Part shown: positions 1-14,800 of the stretch, one piece after another | Position numbering within the stretch: the first letter of the stretch is position 1 | Layout: each line of letters begins with the position of its first letter | From: Eledone cirrhosa | Taxonomy: Eukaryota | Length of the DNA stretch: 64,000 nucleotides | NCBI GenBank assembly: GCA_964016885.1 | Contig: OZ024740.1 | Coordinates: forward strand, 418,996,001 to 419,060,000 | Reading direction: 5' to 3' | The notes under the pieces: model-generated | The model's database searches: none | The model's input: only the letters and a program-made list of their open reading frames with translations | Told to the model about the DNA's origin: nothing | Position numbers and translations under genes: made by a program

Positions 1-2865
1 AACTGTTGTGTTCTCACCCAACCTAACTGTTGTGTTCTCATCCAACCTAACTGTTGTGTTCTCATCCAACCTAACTGTTGTGTTCTCATCCAACCTAACT
101 GTTGTGTTCTCACCCAACCTAACTGTTGTGTTCTCATCCAACCTAACTGTTGTGTTCTCATCCAACCTAACTGTTGTGTTCTCATCCAACCTAACTGTTG
201 TGTTCTCATCCAACCTAACTGTTGTGTTCTCATCCAACCTAACTGTTGTGTTCTCATCCAACCTAACTGAAGTTCTCACCCAACCTATCTGTTGTGTTCT
301 CATCCAACCTAACTGTTGTGTTCTCATCCAACCTAACTGAAGTTCTCACCCAACCTAACTGTTGTGTTATCATCCAACCTAACTGTTGTGTTATCATCCA
401 ACCTAACTGTTGTGTTCTCATCCAACCTAACTGATGTGTTCTCACCCAACCTAACTGTTGTGTTCTCACCCAACCTAACTGTTGTGTTCTCATCCAACCT
501 AACTGTTGTGTTCTCATCCAACCTAACTGAAGTTCTCACCCAACCTAACTGTTGTGTTCTCACCCAACCTAACTGTTGTGTTCTCATCTAACCTAACTGA
601 AGTTCTCATCCAACCTAACTGTTGTGTTCTCACCCAACCTAACTGAAGTTCTCATCCAACCTAACTGTTGTGTTCTCACCCAACCTAACTGAAGTTCTCA
701 TCCAACCTAACTGTTGTGTTCTCACCCAACCTAACTGAAGTTCTCACCCAACCTAACTGTTGTGTTCTCACCCAACCTAACTGAAGTTCTCATCCAACCT
801 AACTGTTGTGTTCTCACCCAACCTAACTGAAGTTCTCACCCAACCTAACTGTTGTGTTCTCACCCAACCTAACTGAAGTTCTCATCCAACCTAACTGTTG
901 TGTTCTCACCCAACCTAACTCTTGTGTTCTGACCCAACCTAACTGAAGTTCTCTCCCAACCTAACTGAAGTTCTCACCCAACCTAACTGTTGTGTTCTCA
1001 TCTAACCTGAACTGTTGTGTTCTTATCCAATCTAAATGTTGTGTTCTTATCCAACCTAACTGCTGTGTTCTCACCCAACCTAACTGAAGTTCTCACCCAA
1101 CCTAACTGTTATGTTCTCATCCAACCTAACTGTTGTGTTCTCACCCAACCTAACTGAAGTTCTCACCCAACCTAACTGTTGTGTTATCATCCAACCTAAC
1201 TGTTGTGTTATCATCCAACCTAACTGTTGTGTTCTCACCCAGCCTAACTGAAGTTCTCACCTAACCTAACTGTTGTGTTCTCATCCAACCTAACTGTTGT
1301 GTTCTCATCCAACCTAACTGTTGTGTTCTCATCCAACCTAACTGATGTGTTCTCACCCAACCTAACTGTTGTGTTCTCATCCAACCTAACTGTTGTGTTC
1401 TCATCCAACCTAACTGTTGTGTTCTCACCCAACCTAACTGTTGTGTTCTCATCCAACCTAACTGTTGTGTTCTCATCCAACCTAACTGTTGTGTTCTCAT
1501 CCAACCTAACTGATGTGTTCTCACCCAACCTAACTGTTGTGTTCTCATCCAACCTAACTGTTGTGTTCTCATCCAACCTAACTGTTGTGTTCTCACCCAA
1601 CCTAACTGTTGTGTTCTCATCCAACCTAACTGTTGTGTTCTCACCCAGCCTAACTGAAGTTCTCACCCAACCTAACTGTTGTGTTCTCACCCAACCTAAC
1701 TGTTGTGTTCTCATCCAACCTAACTGAAGTTCTCATCCAACCTAACTGTTGTGTTCTCACCCAACCTAACTGTTGTGTTCTCATCCAAACTAACTGATGT
1801 GTTCTCACCCAACCGAACTGTTGTGTTCTCATCCAACCTAACTGTTGTGTTCTCACCCAACCTAACTGTTGTGTTCTCACCCAACCTAACTGAAGTTCTC
1901 ACCAAACCTAACTGTTGTGTTCTCACCCAACCTAACTGTTGTGTTCTCACCAAACCTAACTGTTGTGTTCTCATCCAAACTAACTGTTGTGTTCTCATCC
2001 AACCTAACTGTTGTGTTCTCATCCAACCTAACTGTTGTGTTCTCATCCAACCTAACTGTTGTGTTCTCATCCAACCTAACTGTTGTGTTCTCACCCAACC
2101 TAACTGTTGTGTTCTCACCAAACCTAACTGTTGTGTTCTCATCCAACCTAACTGTTGTGTTCTCATCCAACCTAACTGTTGTGTTCTCATACAACCTAAC
2201 TGTTGTGTTCTCATCCAACCTAACTGTTGTGTTCTCATCCAACCTAACTGTTGTGTTCTCATCCAACCTAACTGTTGCGTTCTCATCCAACCTAACTGTT
2301 GTGTTCTCATCCAACCTAACTGTTGTGTTCTCATCCAACCTAACTGATGTGTTCTCACCCAACCGAACTGTTGTGTTCTCATCCAACCTAACTGTTGTGT
2401 TCTCACCCAACCTAACTGTTGTGTTCTCATCCAACCTAACTGTTGTGTTCTCACCCAACCTAACTGTTGTGTTCTCATCCAACCTAACTGTTGTGTTCTC
2501 ATCCAACCTAACTGTTGTGTTCTCACCCAACCTAACTGTTGTGTTCTCATCCAACCTAACTGTTGTGTTCTCATCCAACCTAACTGTTGTGTTCTCATCC
2601 AACCTAACTGTTGTGTTCTCATCCAACCTAACTGATGTGTTCTCACCCAACCTAACTGTTGTGTTCTCATCCAACCTAACTGTTGTGTTCTCACCCAACC
2701 TAACTGTTGTCTCCTCATCCAACCTAACTGTTGTGTTCTCACCCAACCTAACTGTTGTGTTCTCATCCAACCTAACTGTTGTGTTCTCATCCAACCTAAC
2801 TGTTGTGTTCTCATCCAACCTAACTGTTGTGTTCTCATCCAACCTAACTGTTGTGTTCTCACCTA

Positions 2866-5800
2866 ACCTAACTGTTGTGTTCTCACCCAACCTAACTGAA
2901 GTTCTCACCCAACCTAACTGAAGTTCTCACACAACCTAACTGTTGTGTTCACATCCAACCTAACTGTTGTGTTCTCATCCAACCTAACTGTTGTGTTCTC
3001 ACCTAACCTAACTGTTGTGTTCTCACCCAACCTAACTGTTGTGTTCTCACCCAACCTAACTGTTGTGTTCTCACCCAACCTAACTGTTGTGTTCTCATCC
3101 AACCTAACTGTTGTGTTCTCACCCAACCTAACTGAAGTTCTCACCTAACCTAACTGTTGTGTTCTCACCCAACCTAACTGTTGTGTTCTCACCCAACCTA
3201 ACTGAAGTTCTCACCTAACCTAACTGTTGTGTTCTCACCCAACCTAACTGTTGTGTTCTCACCCAACCTAACTGTTGTGTTCTCATCCAACATACCTGTT
3301 GTGTTCTCATCCAACCTAACTGTTGTGTTATCATCCAACCTAACTGTTGTGTTCTCATCCAACCTAACTGTTGTGTTCTCACCCAACCTAACTGTTGTGT
3401 TCTCATCCAACCTAACTGTTGTGTTCTCACCCAACCTAATTGTTGTGTTCTCACCCAACCTAACTGTTGTGTTCTCACCCAACCTAACTGAAGTTCTCAC
3501 CTAACCTATCTGTTGTGTTCTCACCCAACCTAACTGTTGTGTTCTCATCCAACCTAACTGTTGTGTTCTCACCCAACCTAACTGAAGTTCTCACCTAACC
3601 TATCTGTTGTGTTCTCACCCAACCTAACTGTTGTGTTCTCATCCAACCTAACTGTTGTGTTCTCATCCAACCTAACTGTTGTGTTCTCACCCAACCTAAC
3701 TGAAGTTCTCACCTAACCTAACTGTTGTGTTCTCACCCAACCTAACTGAAGTTCTCACCTAACCTAACTGTTGTGTTTTCACCTAACCTAACTGTTGTGT
3801 TCTCACCCAACCTAACTCAAGTTCTCACCTAACCTAACTGTTATGTTCTCACCCAACCTAACTGTTGTGTTCTCATCCAACCTAACAGTTGTGTTATCAT
3901 CCAACCTAACTGTTGTGTTCTCACCTAACCTAACTGTTGTGTTCTCATCCAACCTAACTGTTGTGTTATCATCCAACCTAACTGTTGTGTTCTCATCCAA
4001 CCTAACTGTTGTGTTCTCACCCAACCTAACTGTTGTGTTCTCACCCAACCTAACTGTTGTGTTCTCACCCAACCTAACTGTTGTGTTCTCACCCAACCTA
4101 ACTGTTGTGTTCTCACCCAACCTAACTGTTGTGTTCTCATCCAACCTAACTGTTGTGTTCTCATCCAACCTAACTGTTGTGTTCTCACCCAACCTAACTG
4201 TTGTGTTCTCATCCAACCTAACTGTTGTGTTCTCATCCAACCTAACTGTTGTGTTCTCATCCAACCTAACTGATGTGTTCTCACCCAACCTAACTGTTGT
4301 GTTCTCATCCAACCTAACTGTTGTGTTCTCATCCAACCTAACTGTTGTGTTCTCATCCAACATACCTGTTGTGTTCTCATCCAACCTAACTGTTGTGTTA
4401 TCATCCAACCTAACTGTTGTGTTCTCATCCAACCTAACTGTTGTGTTCTCACCCAACCTAACTGTTGTGTTCTCATCCAACCTAACTGTTGTGTTCTCAC
4501 CCAACCTAACTGTTGTGTTCTCACCCAACCTAACTGTTGTGTTCTCACCCAACCTAACTGAAGTTCTCACCTAACCTATCTGTTGTGTTCTCACCCAACC
4601 TAACTGTTGTGTTCTCATCCAACCTAACTGTTGTGTTCTCACCCAACCTAACTGAAGTTCTCACCTAACCTATCTGTTGTGTTCTCACCCAACCTAACTG
4701 TTGTGTTCTCATCCAACCTAACTGTTGTGTTCTCATCCAACCTAACTGTTGTGTTCTCACCCAACCTAACTGAAGTTCTCACCTAACCTAACTGTTGTGT
4801 TCTCACCCAACCTAACTGAAGTTCTCACCTAACCTAACTGTTGTGTTCTCACCTAACCTAACTGTTTTTGTTCTCACCCAACCTAACTCAAGTTCTCACC
4901 TAACCTAACTGTTATGTTCTCACCCAACCTAACTGTTGTGTTCTCATCCAACCTAACTGTTGTGTTATCATCCAACCTAACTGTTGTCTTCTCACCTAAC
5001 TTAACTGTTGTGTTCTCATCCAACCTAACTGTTGTGTTATCATCCAACCTAACTGTTGTGTTCTCATCCAACCTAACTGTTGTGTTCTCACCCAAACTAA
5101 CTGTTGTGTTCTCACCCAACCTAACTGTTGTGTTCTCACCCAACCTAACTGTTGTGTTCTCACCCAACCTAACTGTTGTGTTCTCACCCAACCTAACTGT
5201 TGTGTTCTCATCCAACCTAACTGTTGTGTTCTCATCCAACCTAACTGTTGTGTTCTCACCCAACCTAACTGTTGTGTTCTCATCCAACCTAACTGTTGTG
5301 TTCTCATCCAACCTAACTGTTGTGTTCTCATCCAACCTAACTGATGTGTTCTCACCCAACCTAACTGTTGTGTTCTCATCCAACCTAACTGTTGTGTTCT
5401 CATCCAACCTAACTGTTGTGTTCTCACCCAACCTAACTGTTGTGTTCTCACCCAGCCTAACTGAAGTTCTCACCTAACCTAACTGTTGTGTTCTCACCCA
5501 ACCTAACTGTTGTGTTCTCATCCAACCTAACTGAAGTTCTCATCCAACCTAACTGTTGTGTTCTCACCCAACCTAACTGTTGTGTTCTCATCCAAACTAA
5601 CTGATGTGTTCTCACCCAACCGAACTGTTGTGTTCTCATCCAACCTAACTGTTGTGTTCTCACCCAACCTAACTGTTGTGTTCTCACCCAACCTAACTGA
5701 AGTTCTCACCAAACCTAACTGTTGTGTTCTCACCCAACCTAACTGTTGTGTTCTCACCAAACCTAACTGTTGTGTTCTCATCCAACCTAACTGTTGTGTT

Positions 5801-8800
5801 CTCATCCAACCTAACTGTTGTGTTCTCATCCAACCTAACTGTTGTGTTCTCATCCAACCTAACTGTTGTGTTCTCATCCAACCTAACTGTTGTGTTCTCA
5901 CCCAACCTAACTGTTGTGTTCTCACCAAACCTAACTGTTGTGTTCTCATCCAACCTAACTGTTGTGTTCTCATCCAACCTAACTGTTGTGTTCTCATACA
6001 ACCTAACTGTTGTGTTCTCATCCAACCTAACTGTTGTGTTCTCATCCAACCTAACTGTTGTGTTCTCATCCAACCTAACTGTTGTGTTCTCATCCAACCT
6101 AACTGTTGTGTTCTCATCCAACCTAACTGTTGTGTTCTCATCCAACCTAACTGATGTGTTCTCACCCAACCGAACTGTTGTGTTCTCATCCAACCTAACT
6201 GTTGTGTTCTCACCCAACCTAACTGTTGTGTTCTCACCCAACCTAACTGATGTGTTCTCATCCAACCTAACTGTTATGTTCTCATCCAACCTAACTGTTG
6301 TGTTCTCATCCAACCTAACTGTTGTGTTCTCACCCAACCTAACTGTTGTGTTCTCATCCAACCTAACTGTTGTGTTCTCACCCAACCTAACTGTTGTGTT
6401 CTCATCCAACCTAACTGTTGTGTTCTCACCCAACCTAACTGTTGTGTTCTCATCCAACCTAACTGTTGTGTTCTCATCCAACCTAACTGTTGTGTTCTCA
6501 TCCAACCGAACTGTTGTGTTCTCATCCAACCTAACTGTTGTGTTCTCATCCAACCTAACTGTTGTGTTCTCATCCAACCTATCTGTTGTGTTCTCATCCA
6601 ACCTAACTGTTGTGTTCTCATCCAACCTATCTGTTGTGTTCTCATCCAACCTAACTGTTGTGTTCTCACCTAACCTAACTGTTGTGTTCTCACCCAACCT
6701 AACTGAAGTTCTCACCCAACCTAACTGAAGTTCTCACCCAACCTAACTGTTGTGTTCACATCCAACCTAACTGTTGTGTTCTCATCCAACCTAACTGTTG
6801 TGTTCTCACCTAACCTAACTGTTGTGTTCTCACCCAACCTAACTGTTGTGTTCTCACCCAACCTAACTGTTGTGTTCTCATCCAACCTAACTGTTGTGTT
6901 CTCACCCAACCTAACTGTTGTGTTCTCATCCAACCTAACTGTTGTGTTCTCACCCAACCTAACTGAAGTTCTCACCTAACCTAACTGTTGTGTTCTCACC
7001 CAACCTAACTGTTGTGTTCTCACCCAACCTAACTGAAGTTCTCACCTAACCTAACTGTTGTGTTCTCACCCAACCTAACTGTTGTGTTCTCACCCAACCT
7101 AACTGTTGTGTTCTCATCCAACATACCTGTTGTGTTCTCATCCAACCTAACTGTTGTGTTATCATCCAACCTAACTGTTGTGTTCTCATCCAACCTAACT
7201 GTTGTGTTCTCACCCAACCTAACTGTTGTGTTCTCATCCAACCTAACTGTTGTGTTCTCACCCAACCTAACTGTTGTGTTCTCACCCAACCTAACTGTTG
7301 TGTTCTCACCCAACCTAACTGAAGTTCTCACCTAACCTATCTGTTGTGTTCTCACCCAACCTAACTGTTGTGTTCTCATCCAACCTACCTGTTGTGTTCT
7401 CACCCAACCTAACTGAAGTTCTCACCTAACCTATCTGTTGTGTTCTCACCCAACCTAACTGTTGTGTTCTCATCCAACCTAACTGTTGTGTTCTCATCCA
7501 ACCTAACTGTTGTATTCTCACCCAACCTAACTGAAGTTCTCACCTAACCTAACTGTTGTGTTCTCACCCAACCTAACTGAAGTTCTCACCTAACCTAACT
7601 GTTGTGTTCTCACCTAACCTAACTGTTGTGTTCTCACCCAACCTAACTCAAGTTCTCACCTAACCTAACTGTTATGTTCTCACCCAACCTAACTGTTGTG
7701 TTCTCATCCAACCTAACTGTTGTGTTATCATCCAACCTAACTGTTGTGTTCTCACCTAACCTAACTGTTGTGTTCTCATCCAACCTAACTGTTGTGTTAT
7801 CATCCAACCTAACTGTTGTGTTCTCATCCAACCTAACTGTTGTGTTCTCACCCAACCTAACTGTTGTGTTCTCACCCAACCTAACTGTTGTGTTCTCACC
7901 CAACCTAACTGTTGTGTTCTCACCCAACCTAACTGTTGTGTTCTCATCCAACCTAACTGTTGTGTTCTCATCCAACCTAACTGTTGTGTTCTCATCCAAC
8001 CTAACTGTTGTGTTCTCATCCAACCTAACTGTTGTGTTCTCACCCAACCTAACTGAAGTTCTCACCTAACCTAACTGTTGTGTTCTCATCCAACCTAACT
8101 GTTGTGTTCTCACCCAACCTAACTGTTGTGTTCTCATCCAACCTAACTGAAGTTCTCATCCAACCTAACTGAAGTTCTCATCCAACCTAACTGTTGTGTT
8201 CTTATCCAACCTAACTGAAGTTCTCATCCAACCTAACTGTTGTGTTCTCATCCAACCTAACTGTTGTGTTCTCACCCAACCTAACTGAAGTTCTCACCTA
8301 ACCTAACTGTTGTGTTCTCACCCAACCTAACTCAAGTTCTCACCTAACCTAACTGTTATGTTCTCACCCAACCTAACTGTTGTGTTCTCATCCAACCTAA
8401 CTGTTGTGTTATCATCCAACCTAACTGTTGTGTTCTCACCTAACCTAACTGTTGTGTTCTCATCCAACCTAACTGTTGTGTTATCATCCAACCTAACTGT
8501 TGTGTTCTCATCCAACCTAACTGTTGTGTTCTCACCCAACCTAACTGTTGTGTTCTCACCCAACCTAACTGTTGTGTTCTCACCCAACCTAACTGTTGTG
8601 TTCTCACCCAACCTAACTGTTGTGTTCTCATCCAACCTAACTGTTGTGTTCTCATCCAACCTAACTGTTGTGTTCTCATCCAACCTAACTGTTGTGTTCT
8701 CATCCAACCTAACTGTTGTGTTCTCACCCAACCTAACTGAAGTTCTCACCTAACCTAACTGTTGTGTTCTCATCCAACCTAACTGTTGTGTTCTCACCCA

Positions 8801-11800
8801 ACCTAACTGTTGTGTTCTCATCCAACCTAACTGAAGTTCTCATCCAACCTAACTGAAGTTCTCATCCAACCTAACTGTTGTGTTCTCATCCAACCTAACT
8901 GAAGTTCTCATCCAACCTAACTGTTGTGTTCTCATCCAACCTAACTGTTGTGTTCTCACCCAACCTAACTGAAGTTCTCACCTAACCTAACTGTTGTGTT
9001 CTCACCCAACCTAACTGTTGTGTTCTCATCCAACCTAACTGTTGTGTTCGCACCCAACCTAACTGTTGTGTTCTCATCCAACCTAACTGTTGTGTTCTCA
9101 CCCAACCTAACTGTTGTGTTCTCATCCAACCTAACTTTTGTGTTCTCACCCAACCTAACTGTTGTGTTCTCACCCAACCTAACTGTTGTGTTCTCATCCA
9201 ACCTAACTGAAATTCTCACCCAACCTAAATGTTGTGTTCTCACCCAACCTAACTGAAGTTCTCACCCAACCTAACTGTTGTGTTCTCACCCAACCTAACT
9301 GTTGTGTTCTCATACAACCTAACTGAAGTTCTCACCCAACCTAACTGTTGTGTTCTCACCCAACCTAACTGTTGTGTTCTCATCCAACCTAACTGTTGTG
9401 TTCTCACCCAACCTAACTGTTGTGTTCTCACCCAACCTAACTGTTGTGTTCTCATACAACCTAACTGAAGTTCTCACCCAACCTAACTGTTGTGTTCTCA
9501 CCCAACCTAACTGTTGTGTTCTCATACAACCTAACTGAAGTTCTCACCCAACCTAACTGTTGTGTTCTCACCCAACCTAACTGTTGTGTTCTCATCCAAC
9601 CTAACTGTTGTGTTCTCACCCAACCTAACTGTTGTGTTCTCACCCAACCTAACTGTTGTGTTCTCATACAACCTAACTGAAGTTCTCACCCAACCTAACT
9701 GTTGTGTTCTCACCCAACCTAACTGTTGTGTTCTCATCCAACCTAACTGTTGTGTTCTCACCCAACCTAACTGTTGTGTTCTCACCCAACCTAACTGTTG
9801 TGTTCTCACCCAACCTAACTGAAGTTCTCTCCCAACCTAACTGTTGTGTTCTCATCCAACCTAACTGTTGTGTTCTCATCCAACCTAACTGAAGTTCTCA
9901 CCCAACCTAACTGTTGTGTTCTCATCCAACCTAACTGTTGTGTTCTCACCCAACCTAACTGAAGTTCTCACCCAACCTAACTGAAGTTCTCACACAACCT
10001 AACTGTTGTGTTCACATCCAACCTAACTGTTGTGTTCTCATCCAACCTAACTGTTGTGTTCTCACCTAACCTAACTGTTGTGTTCTCACCCAACCTAACT
10101 GTTGTGTTCTCACCCAACCTAACTGTTGTGTTCTCACCCAACCTAACTGTTGTGTTCTCATCCAACCTAACTGTTGTGTTCTCACCCAACCTAACTGAAG
10201 TTCTCACCTAACCTAACTGTTGTGTTCTCACCCAACCTAACTGTTGTGTTCTCACCCAACCTAACTGAAGTTCTCACCTAACCTAACTGTTGTGTTCTCA
10301 CCCAACCTAACTGTTGTGTTCTCACCCAACCTAACTGTTGTGTTCTCATCCAACATACCTGTTGTGTTCTCATCCAACCTAACTGTTGTGTTATCATCCA
10401 ACCTAACTGTTGTGTTCTCATCCAACCTAACTGTTGTGTTCTCACCCAACCTAACTGTTGTGTTCTCATCCAACCTAACTGTTGTGTTCTCACCCAACCT
10501 AATTGTTGTGTTCTCACCCAACCTAACTGTTGTGTTCTCACCCAACCTAACTGAAGTTCTCACCTAACCTATCTGTTGTGTTCTCACCCAACCTAACTGT
10601 TGTGTTCTCATCCAACCTAGCTGTTGTGTTCTCACCCAACCTAACTGAAGTTCTCACCTAACCTATCTGTTGTGTTCTCACCCAACCTAACTGTTGTGTT
10701 CTCATCCAACCTAACTGTTGTGTTCTCATCCAACCTAACTGTTGTGTTCTCACCCAACCTAACTGAAGTTCTCACCTAACCTAACTGTTGTGTTCTCACC
10801 CAACCTAACTGAAGTTCTCACCTAACCTAACTGTTGTGTTCTCACCTAACCTAACTGTTGTGTTCTCACCCAACCTAACTCAAGTTCTCACCTAACCTAA
10901 CTGTTATGTTCTCACCCAACCTAACTGTTGTGTTCTCATCCAACCTAACAGTTGTGTTATCATCCAACCTAACTGTTGTGTTCTCACCTAACCTAACTGT
11001 TGTGTTCTCATCCAACCTAACTGTTGTGTTATCATCCAACCTAACTGTTGTGTTCTCATCCAACCTAACTGTTGTGTTCTCACCCAACCTAACTGTTGTG
11101 TTCTCACCCAACCTAACTGTTGTGTTCTCACCCAACCTAACTGTTGTGTTCTCACCCAACCTAACTGTTGTGTTCTCACCCAACCTAACTGTTGTGTTCT
11201 CATCCAACCTAACTGTTGTGTTCTCATCCAACCTAACTGTTGTGTTCTCACCCAACCTAACTGTTGTGTTCTCATCCAACCTAACTGTTGTGTTCTCATC
11301 CAACCTAACTGTTGTGTTCTCATCCAACCTAACTGATGTGTTCTCACCCAACCTAACTGTTGTGTTCTCATCCAACCTAACTGTTGTGTTCTCATCCAAC
11401 CTAACTGTTGTGTTCTCATCCAACATACCTGTTGTGTTCTCATCCAACCTAACTGTTGTGTTATCATCCAACCTAACTGTTGTGTTCTCATCCAACCTAA
11501 CTGTTGTGTTCTCACCCAACCTAACTGTTGTGTTCTCATCCAACCTAACTGTTGTGTTCTCACCCAACCTAACTGTTGTGTTCTCACCCAACCTAACTGT
11601 TGTGTTCTCACCCAACCTAACTGAAGTTCTCACCTAACCTATCTGTTGTGTTCTCACCCAACCTAACTGTTGTGTTCTCATCCAACCTAACTGTTGTGTT
11701 CTCACCCAACCTAACTGAAGTTCTCACCTAACCTATCTGTTGTGTTCTCACCCAACCTAACTGTTGTGTTCTCATCCAACCTAACTGTTGTGTTCTCATC

Positions 11801-14800
11801 CAACCTAACTGTTGTGTTCTCACCCAACCTAACTGAAGTTCTCACCTAACCTAACTGTTGTGTTCTCACCCAACCTAACTGAAGTTCTCACCTAACCTAA
11901 CTGTTGTGTTCTCACCTAACCTAACTGTTTTTGTTCTCACCCAACCTAACTCAAGTTCTCACCTAACCTAACTGTTATGTTCTCACCCAACCTAACTGTT
12001 GTGTTCTCATCCAACCTAACTGTTGTGTTATCATCCAACCTAACTGTTGTCTTCTCACCTAACCTAACTGTTGTGTTCTCATCCAACCTAACTGTTGTGT
12101 TATCATCCAACCTAACTGTTGTGTTCTCATCCAACCTAACTGTTGTGTTCTCACCCAAACTAACTGTTGTGTTCTCACCCAACCTAACTGTTGTGTTCTC
12201 ACCCAACCTAACTGTTGTGTTCTCACCCAACCTAACTGTTGTGTTCTCACCCAACCTAACTGTTGTGTTCTCATCCAACCTAACTGTTGTGTTCTCATCC
12301 AACCTAACTGTTGTGTTCTCACCCAACCTAACTGTTGTGTTCTCATCCAACCTAACTGTTGTGTTCTCATCCAACCTAACTGTTGTGTTCTCATCCAACC
12401 TAACTGATGTGTTCTCACCCAACCTAACTGTTGTGTTCTCATCCAACCTAACTGTTGTGTTCTCATCCAACCTAACTGTTGTGTTCTCACCCAACCTAAC
12501 TGTTGTGTTCTCACCCAGCCTAACTGAAGTTCTCACCTAACCTAACTGTTGTGTTCTCACCCAACCTAACTGTTGTGTTCTCATCCAACCTAACTGAAGT
12601 TCTCATCCAACCTAACTGTTGTGTTCTCACCCAACCTAACTGTTGTGTTCTCATCCAAACTAACTGATGTGTTCTCACCCAACCGAACTGTTGTGTTCTC
12701 ATCCAACCTAACTGTTGTGTTCTCACCCAACCTAACTGTTGTGTTCTCACCCAACCTAACTGAAGTTCTCACCAAACCTAACTGTTGTGTTCTCACCCAA
12801 CCTAACTGTTGTGTTCTCACCAAACCTAACTGTTGTGTTCTCATCCAACCTAACTGTTGTGTTCTCATCCAACCTAACTGTTGTGTTCTCATCCAACCTA
12901 ACTGTTGTGTTCTCATCCAACCTAACTGTTGTGTTCTCATCCAACCTAACTGTTGTGTTCTCACCCAACCTAACTGTTGTGTTCTCACCAAACCTAACTG
13001 TTGTGTTGTCATCCAACCTAACTGTTGTGTTCTCATCCAACCTAACTGTTGTGTTCTCATACAACCTAACTGTTGTGTTCTCATCCAACCTAACTGTTGT
13101 GTTCTCATCCAACCTAACTGTTGTGTTCTCATCCAACCTAACTGTTGTGTTCTCATCCAACCTAACTGTTGTGTTCTCATCCAACCTAACTGTTGTGTTC
13201 TCATCCAACCTAACTGATGTGTTCTCACCCAACCGAACTGTTGTGTTCTCATCCAACCTAACTGTTGTGTTCTCACCCAACCTAACTGTTGTGTTCTCAC
13301 CCAACCTAACTGATGTGTTCTCATCCAACCTAACTGTTATGTTCTCATCCAACCTAACTGTTGTGTTCTCATCCAACCTAACTGTTGTGTTCTCACCCAA
13401 CCTAACTGTTGTGTTCTCATCCAACCTAACTGTTGTGTTCTCACCCAACCTAACTGTTGTGTTCTCATCCAACCTAACTGTTGTGTTCTCACCCAACCTA
13501 ACTGTTGTGTTCTCATCCAACCTAACTGTTGTGTTCTCATCCAACCTAACTGTTGTGTTCTCATCCAACCTAACTGTTGTGTTCTCATCCAACCTAACTG
13601 TTGTGTTCTCATCCAACCTAACTGTTGTGTTCTCATCCAACCTATCTGTTGTGTTCTCATCCAACCTAACTGTTGTGTTCTCATCCAACCTATCTGTTGT
13701 GTTCTCATCCAACCTAACTGTTGTGTTCTCACCTAACCTAACTGTTGTGTTCTCACCCAACCTAACTGAAGTTCTCACCCAACCTAACTGAAGTTCTCAC
13801 CCAACCTAACTGTTGTGTTCACATCCAACCTAACTGTTGTGTTCTCATCCAACCTAACTGTTGTGTTCTCACCTAACCTAACTGTTGTGTTCTCACCCAA
13901 CCTAACTGTTGTGTTCTCACCCAACCTAACTGTTGTGTTCTCATCCAACCTAACTGTTGTGTTCTCACCCAACCTAACTGTTGTGTTCTCATCCAACCTA
14001 ACTGTTGTGTTCTCACCCAACCTAACTGAAGTTCTCACCTAACCTAACTGTTGTGTTCTCACCCAACCTAACTGTTGTGTTCTCACCCAACCTAACTGAA
14101 GTTCTCACCTAACCTAACTGTTGTGTTCTCACCCAACCTAACTGTTGTGTTCTCACCCAACCTAACTGTTGTGTTCTCATCCAACATACCTGTTGTGTTC
14201 TCATCCAACCTAACTGTTGTGTTATCATCCAACCTAACTGTTGTGTTCTCATCCAACCTAACTGTTGTGTTCTCACCCAACCTAACTGTTGTGTTCTCAT
14301 CCAACCTAACTGTTGTGTTCTCACCCAACCTAACTGTTGTGTTCTCACCCAACCTAACTGTTGTGTTCTCACCCAACCTAACTGAAGTTCTCACCTAACC
14401 TATCTGTTGTGTTCTCACCCAACCTAACTGTTGTGTTCTCATCCAACCTACCTGTTGTGTTCTCACCCAACCTAACTGAAGTTCTCACCTAACCTATCTG
14501 TTGTGTTCTCACCCAACCTAACTGTTGTGTTCTCATCCAACCTAACTGTTGTGTTCTCATCCAACCTAACTGTTGTATTCTCACCCAACCTAACTGAAGT
14601 TCTCACCTAACCTAACTGTTGTGTTCTCACCCAACCTAACTGAAGTTCTCACCTAACCTAACTGTTGTGTTCTCACCTAACCTAACTGTTGTGTTCTCAC
14701 CCAACCTAACTCAAGTTCTCACCTAACCTAACTGTTATGTTCTCACCCAACCTAACTGTTGTGTTCTCATCCAACCTAACTGTTGTGTTATCATCCAACC

